Assembly (NCBI GenBank): GCA_030167865.1
Contig: JALAGF010001249.1
Location: 1 to 64,000, forward strand
Origin: Craspedostauros australis
Taxonomy: Eukaryota
Reading direction: 5' to 3'
DNA length: 64,000 nt
A program made the position numbers and the translations under genes. Each line of letters starts with the position of its first letter. Position 1 is the stretch's first letter. A model generated the notes under the pieces. That model was not told where the DNA came from. It searched no databases and saw only the letters and a list, made by a program, of their open reading frames with translations. Below, piece after piece: positions 1 through 12,941 of this stretch.

Positions 1-803
1 TGGCACGATTGCTCGGGATTTAACCAAGGCAAACTTAGCGAGGGTCATTCTCGGAGTTTCTGCCCATGTGCCCCATAAATGAAAATGGCGTCTGTGACCG
101 GCAAAGAGTTCCCGAGAACACTAGTTTGAATCGAGAACTTTCTTCTCGGGAAAACAGTTGTCATCGCCAATACAGAAAGCTCTGATTGGCTGGGTCAGTC
201 ACATCGCATATTGACTAATTCGACCCATTTTGCCGGGTGTCCCAGGAAGATCCCTTTGCGGAAGCAATCATCTCGTGATGTGCCACCCGTCGTGAGCTGC
301 TGAGCAGCCGGTTACGATCAACGAAGAGCGCCGCATGTTGAAACCATCAGCGTCATCGATGCGTGCCAGCAGATCGCATTTGTATGTGTTTGGGGCAAGC
401 ATCATCTTCTTCGGGTTGCGCCAAACAGTGCAAATTAGAGTGAAGTATGGCATCGTAGTATATTATATTCTACACTGTTACTATCCTCGCATATTATAAT
501 ATTATACAATATCAGTACTGATGAGCATAATATGAACATCTTTCTATTCTGCATGGGTATTTGGAGTACTGTACTAGCTATGCTCTGTGCACATGCTATC
601 GCTTTGTCCATTTGATCTGATGCGCTGAGCGGCTATCACATGCGCTTTGTTGTGCCGTGCTGTGATGTGCTGTGCGAGTTTCGCTGGCACCTGGCCTCGT
701 CCAACTATGTTCATGTTGAAGGAACCACGGCCACTGCTCGCGTATCTTCTGCGCTCTGCTGCTATCGTGTGTATGTATGTATGGATGCATCGCCGTTTCT
801 GAC

Positions 804-2974
804 CTAGTAATCGTATGAATCCTTCATTTCGTAGTCTCTGCCGATCTGCTGGACGCTGGTCCTGGACTTATGGTTGGATCGTCTCTCCTGCAGGGCTTCG
901 TCCCACGACGCGTCTACAGGTTCGGATGACGTTCGCCCTTGCCTGTTGCCAAACACCATCGACGTGGCCGACCCGCTTCGCTCGCTGCTATCCAGTTTGT
1001 TCGTGGCGGTGCCGCGCTTGCTGTCGCTCGCGTCGTCGTCGCCGGCGGCGTCGTCATAAAAGGTGGTGGGTTGGTAGGCCGCTCGCAGCATGATCATGAG
1101 CATGCCGAAGAAGGAGATGAGGAGCAGGCTCGAGAATATCCATGACTCTGCCTGCATGGCAGATGTGCACGTGCCGTCGTGCATCACCTGCCGGTAGATG
1201 GGCACCAGGTTGTTGCAACCGATGAGGCCCACACCTTCCCACGCTTCCACGAGAAGTTCATCGATGAGCACGTTCATCGGCCGCAGCAGGTTCATTGGCG
1301 TGTTGAAGTCGACGCCGCAAACCTGCGAAATGACCTCGACGGTCTCATCCTCAATGTCTTTGATGAACAAATTCAGATTCTCCTTGGCAACAGCCTGCGG
1401 GTGTGATTGTGTGCATGTGCGTGTGGATAGGGATTTGTTCGTTGACGAAGCCACAGATGCAAGAGAAGACCAGATGAGTGTGAGTATGAGCACGTTGGAG
1501 AAATGCAAGGGATCAATCACACAGCAAATCAACATTGCGTCACGCACGCGCGTCAGGGGACAAATTGAGTCGAATAACACCATGCGTACTCACCAATTCG
1601 ACAATGTACTCATCCAAAAACTCCAGCGGATTCTCCGGACTCGTGCATTGGTCGACGTAAAAGGAAATGAACTCGTATTCAAAGGCCGCGTTGTCGAATT
1701 CCGATTGCGCGATGGCGCTGACGGTTGCTTCCGGCGTGTTGTCTTGACCGCCGGAACACGCATCGGCGTTGGCCTCGGCGATGAAGGAGGACGCGGCGCA
1801 TCCCACAATCGCCGCGAGTATGAGCAGAACGAAGAGCGGCAGGACGAGCCAATCGACCAGGCAGAAGAATTTGCGGTACGGAACCTCTTGGGGCGATTCG
1901 GGCGGCGTGGGCGAGGCGTCGATCTTCCAGCTGAGTCCCAGCGCGAGCAGCAGCGCCGATGTGATGATGACGAACGGAATGACGATGGCCGCCACCTGAA
2001 ACGTGGTCGGTCTGTCGCCCAGGAGAGTGTCGATGTCTTCCGAACCGTCCTGAATGTCATCGAGCACGGTGTCCAGCTCTTGCAGATCGGACTGAACGAA
2101 GTTCTCGAGCTGCTCGACGGCCGTCAAGGTGCTTTCGGATAAGCTGCGCAGAGTCGCCTCAAGGTCCGTGCCTGGGTTCGTGGGGCAGATATCCTGCTTG
2201 AGGAAGGTGGAGAGCTGGTCACGAAGATCGATGGCCTCGTTGGCATCCGTCTGCAGCTTGGTTGATATCTCCGCCAGCCTGCCGCTTATCGTGACCACAT
2301 GTTCGTTGGAATCGTGAAATACATCCGCCGCCTCTTCCAACTGCGTCGTGCCCTTTCCCACAAGGAGGCAGGCGAAGAGGATGACCATGATCGCGCTGCC
2401 GATGAATACGAATCTGACATATCTGACGAGAGCGCCAGCATCGTAGTATGAGAATGAAGACCCCGACATGAATCCCACCCGTCGCTTTCCTAGGCATTTG
2501 AGGATGAGGAGCATGAGGGCCCAAACTAAGAAGAGGCAGGCCATGATTGCGCCGACATAGAACAGCCCGCGGACGTAGGATTCCTTCTCCGTGTCAGAAC
2601 CACTGAATAGTATTGAGAATTCATCCGTACCGCTCGAACCTCGCGGCAATCCATGAAAGTTAGACACTACTCCGGGCTGCAATGCAGAGTTGCATTAGAT
2701 TGGGTTGGGTTGGGTTGGGTTGAGTGAGGCAGAGTGCAGCATGATATAATAGGTGGATGAATGAATGAATGAATGAATGAGTTTGGTATTCGTATGAGGC
2801 AGTGTGGGACGGTGCGAGATGATCACCAAAGAGAAAGCGCACCACAACGAGCGAGTTGATGATTTCATCTTCTCATGGGGACTTTCGTTGCCTTGAACTC
2901 ACCGCACTGTATGCTCCTCGGTAAATCTCGGGATCCCCGACGATGAATTCTCCGGTGCTGGTGTTGGTCGACAT
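804..2974 (-). CDS. Five-TM membrane protein, Tweety/prominin-like topology (~581 aa; exons 2974-2903, 2676-1594, 1394-804)
   Basis: Two phase-0 GTGAGT..CAG introns join MSTNTSTGEF..YSA|PGVVSNF..EYIVEL|AVAKE in frame. Five hydrophobic segments, two long helical loops, Cys motif ANADAC after TM4 and a disordered C-tail. Family is inferred from topology only. Confidence 0.7.
2700..2780. repeat. Intronic microsatellites (TTGGG)4 and (GAAT)6
   Basis: Visible at 2700-2722 and 2757-2780 inside intron 2677-2902. Confidence 0.9.
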
Positions 2975-4906
2975 CGTGGCTCTCTGCTTCTGGATGTGCT
3001 GCGTTTTGGATGTTTCGGTTCCTAGAAATGTGAGGGGCTTGAGAGTTGGTGGAGTACTCTTACTGCCGTCGCTTTCCCTGCTACTGCCACCGCTACTGCT
3101 ACTGCCACTGCTACTGCCACTGCCACTGCTCTATTGCTGTTTGTGAACGGATCAGCATCAATCTACATGCACTATGTGGATGACAGATGTTGTGCTAATA
3201 TGATGGCTGGTGGAGAGATGCTGGGAGCGGTGCTGTTGGCATTGATCGTCTGCCCAATGCTGGTGAGTGGTAAGAGCCGATGGGGGTGTGGTAGTCACTG
3301 CTGCAGTCGTGGAGGTATGTGATGTTCACGATGTCTTCGATCGTGATGATGTTGGTCGTGAGTACTGGGAGAGAATCGGCACGGTGTGGAACCATCCTCA
3401 CTTGGTGAAGTGATCATCCACGCCACTCTTCTTCCTCTCGATTCCTTTCCTCTTCTTTTCTCTCTTTCATTCAAAATTGCTGTCTCTGGTGCGTTGCGGT
3501 GGAGAGATGGCGACTTTCCCCTCTCTTGGCGCACGTCTACTTTCTCACTCCTGCTTGACAAATTTGTTGGTTGTTTCCATGTCGTTGCCTGACACAACGG
3601 AGAAACCTTAGCATTGGTTCCTTCTACCTCCACGGCGAAAAAACGCGTTGCATTGCTGTCACTCAGGCTAAGGACGAGGGCAATCGTATCAAATGTAACG
3701 GAAACCGTTCACTGCATGCCAATCAGGTCAAAAAAACAGTCACATTTTGTGATCCCAAATCACATCTCCGAACCGATCCCTGGTGCAGAACAGAGTCGTT
3801 GGCTGTGGCACCGCAATTCCTGTCTCACTGGTCGTCAGATGCTCTCTCTATCTCTCTCTCTCTCTGCACAAGCGGAGAGGCAACTATCATGAGAGAGTAG
3901 CACGCTGCCGCCAGACTGCATCTCCTCGCAATCCGTGAAATCAAATCGGATTGCAGCGGGAGCGTGGGAAAATCCAATCGTGTCAATTCAATCAGATCCA
4001 ATCCAAGTCGACTCCGTTCTCGTTGTGCTGTTTGGCCTGACAAGAGAATCCGTCTGTCTGAAGCCTTGGTTCGTGCTTTGGCAGGTATTCACAACTACCA
4101 CATCCACGCCTCAATGCTCTTGACAGAGTCTCAAACCACGCTCGAACTATACGACCAACCCGACATCATCCAAGATAAGTTTGTGTGTCCTTCCTTGTTT
4201 CGTTGGAAACTTATTTTGTGGCTGTTCACATCTGTCTGTTTGATAGAATGCGTCGGTTCACAATTTGAATCGTGACTGTTTGTATGTCTTCGTATCAACA
4301 GAACGGCATTGAAAGTTGCGGTAGTTGAATATTAATTGAATTTCAAATCCACAATTGATGCTTCGTCTGCATGTCTGTACGTGCCTGCACATGATGAATG
4401 ACGAATCACGCAAAAACCTCACTCCGTCTTCATGTTTGATTCGGACGACTAAAAACATGCCTCCACAATGGGACCATTGCGCACAAACGTGGACAACACG
4501 TTACTTGACTCAACGGTAAGCTTGGGTCGGAAGCCAGAGCGATGACAACATCCCGCCAAGTCGGAGATGGAGGGTGGTGTGCTCCAAGTCTCGTTGATGG
4601 TTGGACAGCACATCACCAACAGATCACTCGTAGCTTGTTCGACTGTTGCTCCACTGTTGCTCCATTGGTGCTCCACAGCATTTCGTCAATTGGATTGACT
4701 GCTTGATTTGGTCGATCGAGTGTCATGGAAAGCAAAGGAGAACGTTGGTTGCTGGAGACGAAGGAGGGAGAACGGTAGCATAACTTCGATCGGCTGCATT
4801 GGGCTTCAAGGAAAGTGAAGCAAAGACCCGACTTCCCCGAAGCATTTGCCGCCGACTGGGCAACATCGATCGGAGCACAAGGTGAAACGGAACGGAAGTG
4901 CGCGCC

Positions 4907-6966
4907 ATGCACGCTGCTCCTGCGGTGCGTGGGGGCTTCACAAACAACAACGGAAGCACCATCCAGGAGGGCGCGACAATGAACGCCAAGGATACGAACA
5001 ACGGCAACGGGGGAGGCAATGGTGGCAGTAACAGCGACGGCCACGGATGCGTCGCCGTACCTGATGAGAACATCGGATCCGTCTGCGATGTGGGCACCAT
5101 GTTCAACCCCTTCGCTCCCAAACCGATGGAGTGGGTCAGAAATCCGGACGATGGCAGCGTGCTCATGGATCACAACAACCAACCCGTCAGCGTCGACAGA
5201 CTGCTTGCGTCCAAACCTCTGCGCAACGAACTCTGCACGAGACCTGGACCAGGCAACCGAAAGCTCACCTACATCTCCGGCGAAGGCGTTTCGCGCACCC
5301 TCAACGATATCTTCGGCTTCGATGGTTGGAACTTGGACATCACCAGGGTGCAGCGAGAAGAATGCACGAAGGACTCCAACGGCAGATACGCGGTGGTCTA
5401 CACGGCGCAGGTCAAGCTCACCCACAAGAAGAGCGGAACCTACAAGGAAGATTGTGGTGCGGGGGACTCCATGGACAAGAACTTCGGAACGGCGGTGGCC
5501 CACGCGCTCAAGGGCAGCATCACAGATGCCATGAAGCGCGCTGCCAGACACTTCGGTGACAAGCTTGGAAACGGTGCGTTCAGCGATATCGTCTTGGTGT
5601 TGGCCCTGGTGTTGGTGCTTGTGTTGGTAATTGTAAAGGGAGTGGTGGACTCTATGTATGTTCGATTTCACGCGCGCTCATGCTTGAGTTCTTCCTTTCT
5701 CCCTGCCCGCCCATCTGCCTGCCTGCCTGCCTGCCTGTCAATCGATTGAATCACTCCACACAACACTGCTCTACTATTGCATACAACCTTGCACACAAAC
5801 TCGCACATGAAATTCAATCCACCTCGCCTCCATCGCACGCTGCAGCTTTGTATGAAGGTAAGTTTAGCGCGAAGAACGCACCAGTTTCACTGAAGGATGC
5901 GCTTGACAAGCAAAAGATCGATCGGGCCAACACCAAGTTTGGTTTCGAGAAGGATCGAAAGGCTGCGGCTGCCACTGCGACAACAACTTTAGTGGCAGCG
6001 GTTCCAAACACGGGGCCATCAGCAACCAACAACAACAATCAGCAACGACAGAAGCAACGACAGCAAGGTCCGTATGGCGGCGCGGCAAATCGCACTACGG
6101 CACCAACTGCAGGCAAATCGAATGCATTCACCACGGCTGCAAACCGTCCCATACAACCCGGCAATCATCGGCAGCCTGCGCAAGTCCGAACCAACGCAAC
6201 CACCAACGGCACGGTGAACGTGGATCGATTCGGCAAACCGACACAAGCCGGCAATGGAAATGGAAATGGCGTACACAAACCACCGCCGCAAGCAACAGCT
6301 GTAACCAATCGGATGGCGCAATTTGCATGCAGAGGTCCTCAAGGAACAGCCACCACATCCAAAGCATCAGCTGCTCAAGCCAAGGGAAATCTCTCCGCAC
6401 CAGCAACAACAACAATGACGACGATGGCGAATACCAACCCGAAAATCGCTACGAATGTGTACAAGAAGCAATCCCCCACAACAAGTCCTCGCACATCCCC
6501 ACTTTCCGCACCGCCCGACGATCCAAACACGACGTCTCACCAAGGACATCCAAACCAGAATCATCAAAGAACCCACAATGGCACCAGTGCCAACGCGACC
6601 GGCGCGATCAACCAAGGAGCGGGGATGCACCAGCAGTCCATCAGCAACACGAATCTCCCAAAGCATGCGAATTTTGTTTCGCAAATCAGCAATGATGCAT
6701 TCTCGCAACCGCAGCTGAATGGTCGGGATCGTAACTCGTTTGGTTCTAGCAGCAGACATCACAATCATCATCGTCACAAGAACCACGGCCGGCCATCAGC
6801 TTCCTCCGGTCGCAGAGTGACGACGGATGAACATCCCAACCTTCCCTTCGATCCGAGACAGCAAACAGTGCCACCGACGAACAAGCGCTTGTTGCCGCAA
6901 CCAGCCGCCGTCATTGACCCAACACCACCGAAGCGCAAGCACACCAACCCGTACGCAAACCGATAG
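4907..6966 (+). CDS. RAD52: DNA repair/recombination protein RAD52 (~595 aa; exons 4907-5573, 5846-6966)
   Basis: Rad52/22 motifs RPGPGNRKLTYISG, LNDIFGFDGW, KEDCGAG, ALKGSITDAMKRAARHFG. Intron GTGCGT..GCAG restores LGN|ALY. Long disordered C-terminus. Start could alternatively be the ATG at 4979. Confidence 0.93.
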
Positions 6967-7425
6967 CGAGAAGTGAAGAATAGAAGTAGTAGCAGAAACA
7001 ATAGCAGAAGCAACGACGGACTCATAAATTGACCACAGGTGGATGAAGACATTAGGAGATGAAGATCATGAGGAAGGCAAGGAACCAAACGGAGACACAA
7101 GGAACTGCGCCTCTTCCTCGCACCAGCGTGCTCCCAGAATGACGCGTCTAAAATAGTGTGAATAGAAGGGTGCGCCAATCTTCTCGAGACTCCGAACATG
7201 TTGACGTGGATCACGGCAGAATAAGCTAGTTGTGCATTGTTGTCACAAAGCAACATGAGGCGATAAAGTGGGTTTGATACCAGAGCAGAGTTGTCTGTTT
7301 AACTTTTTTAACTCATCATCGTGGCTGTACTTACGATACACAGACGCTCCAATGCGTCCTGCATTTGCTCTTGGTATTTCACCGACCCACCACTGCGGCG
7401 CATTCAATGCAGATAATCGCGAGCC

Positions 7426-10043
7426 TCAGCCAACGGCTGCTTCCGATTCGAAGATCTCCCTTTGGTTCTCGTCCATCTGGTGCACCTGCTGCGGTGAGAT
7501 CGACCCGGCGGACACCATGGCGGCAAGGCTGACGGATAGGGCATTGGGTGGATCAGGAAGGTGCCCATCCGGTCTGCGATCCTTCGGCGGATCCAGCTCC
7601 GGCAGCCGTCCACCGACCGGCCAATACCTGTCCGCAACGTCAGACAGAAACTCGATCCAATCGCAGTACAGATTCTTGCGGATGTACTCCAACGGCGTCT
7701 GGCCGTGCTTGTCTTCGATGAAGAGCTGGATGGGATCGCGGTCCAGGATGGCCTCCGCGATGTACCGGCTGAACTCCGATGCCCATGCAGCATGATGCAG
7801 AGGTGTTCGGCCGAACCCATCCGTCACCTGCAATTCGCAATCGTGGTCGACGAGGCACTGGAAGACCGTCTCGTTCGCTCGTTTGCAGACCAGATCGACG
7901 ATGGAATCGCGGAACTGGTTGCATGGATTGGGACTGATCCCGCATTCGAGGAGTTCCGCGAGCGTGTCCGTGTCGGAGCTGTGCACGGCGCGGACCAGAT
8001 GAGTGCCGAAGGATGCCAACTGGAGGGCGGACGGTACAGTCTCGTATCCCGCCTGGTCGGACTTGATGCGATCGACGGGGTAGCCTCGCTGTTTCAAGAT
8101 GCTCAGGAGGACATCCTGCGGTGCAGCCGATGTGCTCATGATGGGCGTACGAGTCTTCTGCGTGACAGCGAACTTGGATTGCATCTTTCCAGCCCGGGCC
8201 CGGATCGGCCTTTCTTTGCTGTAGACACTCGCCAGTACAGATGGTGGGATCGAAGTGGAAGGCAGCATCATCAGCGCCTCGTGTTTCGGCATCTGCACTT
8301 GCTGTTGCTGCTGATGTTGCTGATGCTGCTGTTGGAGCTGCAGTTGCTGATTTTCCGGGAATGCATCAGGCACCGACCAGGGTGTCGGTGGTAGCATTGG
8401 CTGTTGCATCTGCGATGCCATCTGTTGGAGCTGCAGATCCTGAGGTTGTTGTTGTTGCTGTTGTTGCTGTTGTTGCTGTTGTTGAAGCTGCTGTTGTTGA
8501 AGCTGCTGTAGTTGCATTTGCTGTACGTTCGGCTGCTGAACTGGTGGTGGCTGTGATTGTTGTTGAAATTGCGCCTGGTTGTTGGACAGATCAAAGACGT
8601 TCTGTTGCGGCATCATTTGTGACAGCTGCAAGTTGTTGTTGTTGCTGTTCATGATGGATGGGTCGGTGGTCAAGCCGGCATGATTGGTGTTGGTGTTGCT
8701 GGCTTTGTTGATGTTCTGCTGAGCTGATTGTAGCTGCGACACTGTCTTGTTCACATTCAATCCTTGAGTGTGACTGTTGTTGCCGCTGCTGTGGCTGCTG
8801 GCGTTGGTGTACATGGACCTCTCGCTCTGACCCAGAGCTGATCCTTGCTGCACCTGTTGCTGCACCTGTTGCTGCACCTGTTGTTGCTGCACCTGTTGCT
8901 GCACCTGTTGTTGTTGTTGCACCTGCTGCTGTTGTGGAAACGGCGAGGAAAGTCGCTGCTGCTGCTGATTTGGTGCCGGGCTGGGACCTTGTTGATGAAT
9001 GGTTTGGGCAGCCTCGAGAGCTTGCTGCAGCATCGTGAAATGATCTTGCTGAGGAGCGTTGACTTGTGGCGGCAACGAGAAATTGTTGGAAGCCTGCCAG
9101 TTATCAGCGTCGACGCCCAACGAGAATTTGATTGGGCCATCCGCAATCTCCGGGTTGGGTTGGACGGACATGCCGCGTCCCAGCGGAGCCACCGTGGCAT
9201 CGAGGAAGAGACGGTTGGACGGGTATCCGGAGAGCTGATTGTTGTTGGTGGCAGTCTGAGGCGCTGCGGGGTTTGGGCTTTGCATCTGCATGTTGCCTTG
9301 GGTCGGTGGTGGTTGTCCACCCGGCGAGTACAGATCTTGCTGCTGCAACGGGTTGGGAGTAGGTGATTGCATTTGCTGGTGCTGCGTTTGCTGTTGCTGA
9401 AGCGGATTGGGAACGGGTGACCGCAACTGCTGTTGCTGTTGCTGCTGCTGTCCCATGCTGGATGAGGCATTGGAGATGGAATTGGCGCTTGATTCATTGG
9501 CAGTATCAGCGACGTTGACCGACGGAGGAACCGGATCTGTCGGTTGGGACGCGAGAGGATTGTAGCCAAGCATCTGCCCGTACTGCGAAAGGATGGAGTT
9601 CATGTTGTCGGAGTATGGCTTGTTGGGAGCAAAGTTGGGCATGGTGGTGTTGGACTGCGGCTGGACGATGGACTTTTGATTGGCAGAGAAGGTATGCTGC
9701 GGTGCCGATTGTTGCGTTTGCTGGTGCTGCTGTGGCTGTCCGAGCCCCGCGCTGAGCTGCAATCGATCCTCCTGCGCCTGCCTCTGCTGCAGGACAGAGA
9801 CGTTCTTCTGCATCTCAGCGATCGCAGCTTGCTGCTGACGTTGTTTGTTGTCGTATGCGGCGCCGTGAGTTTTGGAACGGGGTGTGGTGGGCCTCATGCT
9901 GAGCATGGATCCCATCGTTTGGGGCTGAACCGATGCCATGCCACCTTCACGTGTTCTGTTCAACATTCCCGTGTTGTTCGACTGCTGTTGCTGCGCCATT
10001 CCGCCAGTCCCGTTGTTGCTGTTGTTGTTGTTGTTGTTGTTGC

Positions 10044-10098
<55 letters not shown>

Positions 10099-10473
10099 GC
10101 TGTTGTTGCTGATGCCGGTGTTGCCACCGAGTTGGCTTGGCATGCCAGACATCGTGGATGAGGCTGGAAGCATCGAAGACCAAGGCTGCGAGCTGCTGTT
10201 GGTGGTTGCGACCGCGCTGCTTGCATTGAGAAATGACTGGTTTGACTGGTGCGCGAAGTGTTGCTGCTGTGGCATTGCGACATTCGATGTGTGGGATTGA
10301 TTGATCGATGATGGTTGGTGCAAGCTTTGGGATAAGGGATGCTGCTGATGCTGCTGTTGAAGGGAGTTCCAGAACGATGCATCCGGTACCGATCCCGCAT
10401 TCAGCGCAGCAGCAGCGGCGGCGGCTGCAGCTGCCGAGGATGCGGAGGCATTGTTGCTGGGTTGGTTCATCAT
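7426..10473 (-). CDS. Q/N-rich low-complexity protein with C-terminal ankyrin-repeat domain (1015 aa)
   Basis: Single long ORF with ankyrin motifs (GISPNPCNQFRDSIVDLVCK, DGFGRTPLHHAAW, DKHGQTPLEY) after about 750 aa of polyQ/polyN sequence. Confidence 0.88.
10012..10110. repeat. Coding (GTT/AAC)n repeat encoding poly-Asn
   Basis: About 33 trinucleotide units with a few GCT interruptions. Confidence 0.95.
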
Positions 10474-10790
10474 AACCGGAGTATAGTACGAGTGTGCGCT
10501 GTGTGTTCAGCGTGCTTGTCCGCGGATAGGCTTTCTCTCTTCGTTCGTTCGTTCGTTCGTTTGTTTGTGCGGTTGAGCGTGTGTGTTCGCGTCGTTGTTG
10601 GCGTCAACGATGACCGGACCACTTGGGAGACTTGCCGAGGGGGTTTGGTTGAGGAACAAGTACTAAACGAGGACGTCACCCTGGGTGTGGGTGGCCCGCT
10701 TCTCGTTGGAGATGAGTTGGTCTGGTACGTGCTTTGGCGTGTGGTCTGTGGCTGTGATCGTCGTCGCTGCTGTTGTTCCCGTTGAAGCAC

Positions 10791-10814
10791 AGAGAGAGAG
10801 AGAGAGAGAGAGAG
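10791..10814. repeat. (GA)n microsatellite
   Basis: Directly visible upstream of the ankyrin gene. Confidence 0.9.
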
Positions 10815-12941
10815 GATGGAAGGCGCAGCGAGGCAGAGACAATAACGAGAAGTGTCGCAACGGCCGAAAGTGCATTCGATAGAGGGATGCGTCGTAGCCA
10901 AAACGTGAAGTTGTCGTTGACAGAGAGCAATGACGAGGAAGGCTGAAGGTGAGAGAGCGACTGCAGAACCGCGGGCGTGCTTGAAGAGCGCAGAGGAAGG
11001 ATTCTTGTGGAGCGCGGATTGCGCCGAAGGTACAACAGCGATACTTTCTGTCGGCGGAAGAAATGCGAGTGGGCTTCCGTCCACCTTGAGGAAGGTTTTG
11101 TCTGTGTTCTGATGGACTCGATGTGCCTGCTGTTTGATACTGCGCTTGTATCAGCATTCGAGCATGAGCATTCGAGCATCAGCATCCGATGGTTCATTCT
11201 GCACTTGCATCGCAGCAGTCTCCATTGTGGGCTTGTGCTCCACGCGATGCAATCGGGGTGCTGTGTATGGCATGGTACTTACGAGCCCTTGGTATTGTGT
11301 GGCTTGGTAGTTGTCTTGTGATGAAGATCGTCTTTGCCCCCCGAGGATGTGTCATACAATATTGAATGTGCAGAATGTGTGGATGTTCCAAGTTTGTGGT
11401 GTGGTGGTGGTAGTGGTGGTGTTGATTGACGCACTCGTTCAGGATGGTACACGTTCACGTTTTGCAAAGACGCCGGCTGTCGCAGAACGTGGTTGTCACT
11501 TGGCAGCAGAGCTCCTTCTTCTTCCTTGTTTGTGATGATCAGCCTCTCCACTTGGAATGGAGGTGAGTTGAGCTGAGCAAGGGTGCGAGATGGTGCCACC
11601 GTCGAAGATGGGTGCAGTGCCGCAAGGAACGGAATGTGATGCCAACGACGCTGTTATTGGCAACTCGTGATTGTTCACAATGAATGCGACTACGGAAGAC
11701 TCGACTGGATGGATGCGGTCTCTCTCTCTCTTGGATGATTTGGAGAGTGGGTTGCAGAAGGCGGACGGAGTGGATCGATTGTTGCGTCTGTCTGTGTGTC
11801 TCCTGGTTGGGTACTTGAATTGAGTATGAATACTTTTCGCTCTTGGTGTCTCCGCTCGGCTTTGTTCTGCTCTTCGCTGATCTGATTTGCTGGCGTTGTG
11901 TGTTCGTGCTTCGATAACAAGAGTCTTCCGTGCGGTTCCGTTGATTATTGTGATGTCTGTGTTGGGATGCGTGCTTCAACACCACCAATCATGCCGGGTT
12001 TAAGCCTTTATTGGCGTAATGCAACTCATGGTACGTCTTGTGTAGAATTGTACTCACGCGATGCACCGTGTAAACATTCGATGGTTGACATTCGTTTGGT
12101 CCGAGGAACCTGGTTGACATGTTCTCTGCTTCTTCGCCAGATGACATCATTTCGCGTCAGTTCGCCACGAGAAAAACAAAGCACATCACAAAATCCACCG
12201 AAACGGTCTCCGCATGCAACGTGTTTCTCCCGCTCTCGGACGCCACGATCCACGCTCATCTTTCCATCCGCAGAGCAGAAGAAAGCACTATTTTCCATTC
12301 CTTTAGAGTCCACGATACGACCTGCTCCACTCAATTCTTCCTACACACACGATGTACCAACAACGCAATGCATTGGATTTCATTTTCTCCACCCAGGAGG
12401 AATCTGCCGTTGTCCTATTGGTATCTCACATTCTTTGCCACCAACGAAAGCGGTTGCTCCACAACCTGTCTAATCCTACAAATCCGAACGGCGATGTTCT
12501 TTCGTGGATCTGCACAACGACTGGCACTCGCCATGCAAGGTTTTGCCAAAGGTTCGCTGGTGTGATCCGCAGCCTCTGCATCGAGCTTGCGGTGATGCAA
12601 ACGCATGCCGTCTGTGAAAGAACAACGGTGTCATCGTTGCTTCTCATGTCACGAAGTACCATTGCTCTTGGTTTGGATTGTGGATGTTCTTCACTGAGTC
12701 AGCTGTTCGTGAAGCAGAGCGATCCATGGGAGTACTGCAGTGTACTGCACTGTGATGTCCTGAATGAGAAGATATGCCAAAAGAACAAGCATCCTGTTCG
12801 CTCATCGATCTGCATGAAGGACGCGCATGGTGTTCACAAATGCGATCCACGATGGTGTCTTCTGCGAATAGAGTGCTCTAATGTGTTAATTCTATTAAGG
12901 TGCTGCCGTCGGCGTTCTTCTTGAGATCCCGCCGATACAAT

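Noticed and set aside
2700-2722. (TTGGG)4 as telomeric repeat or G-quadruplex element
   Set aside because: Only four units inside an intron, among many other SSRs; not a telomere array.
3050-4850. Short ORFs between the membrane-protein gene and RAD52 (e.g. 3964-4275)
   Set aside because: No motifs, codon bias or convincing splice structure; treated as divergent intergenic/UTR DNA.
10480-12900. Numerous 60-200 aa ORFs upstream of the ankyrin gene
   Set aside because: Low-complexity, SSR-derived or Cys/Arg-rich random-looking translations; likely UTR and promoter.
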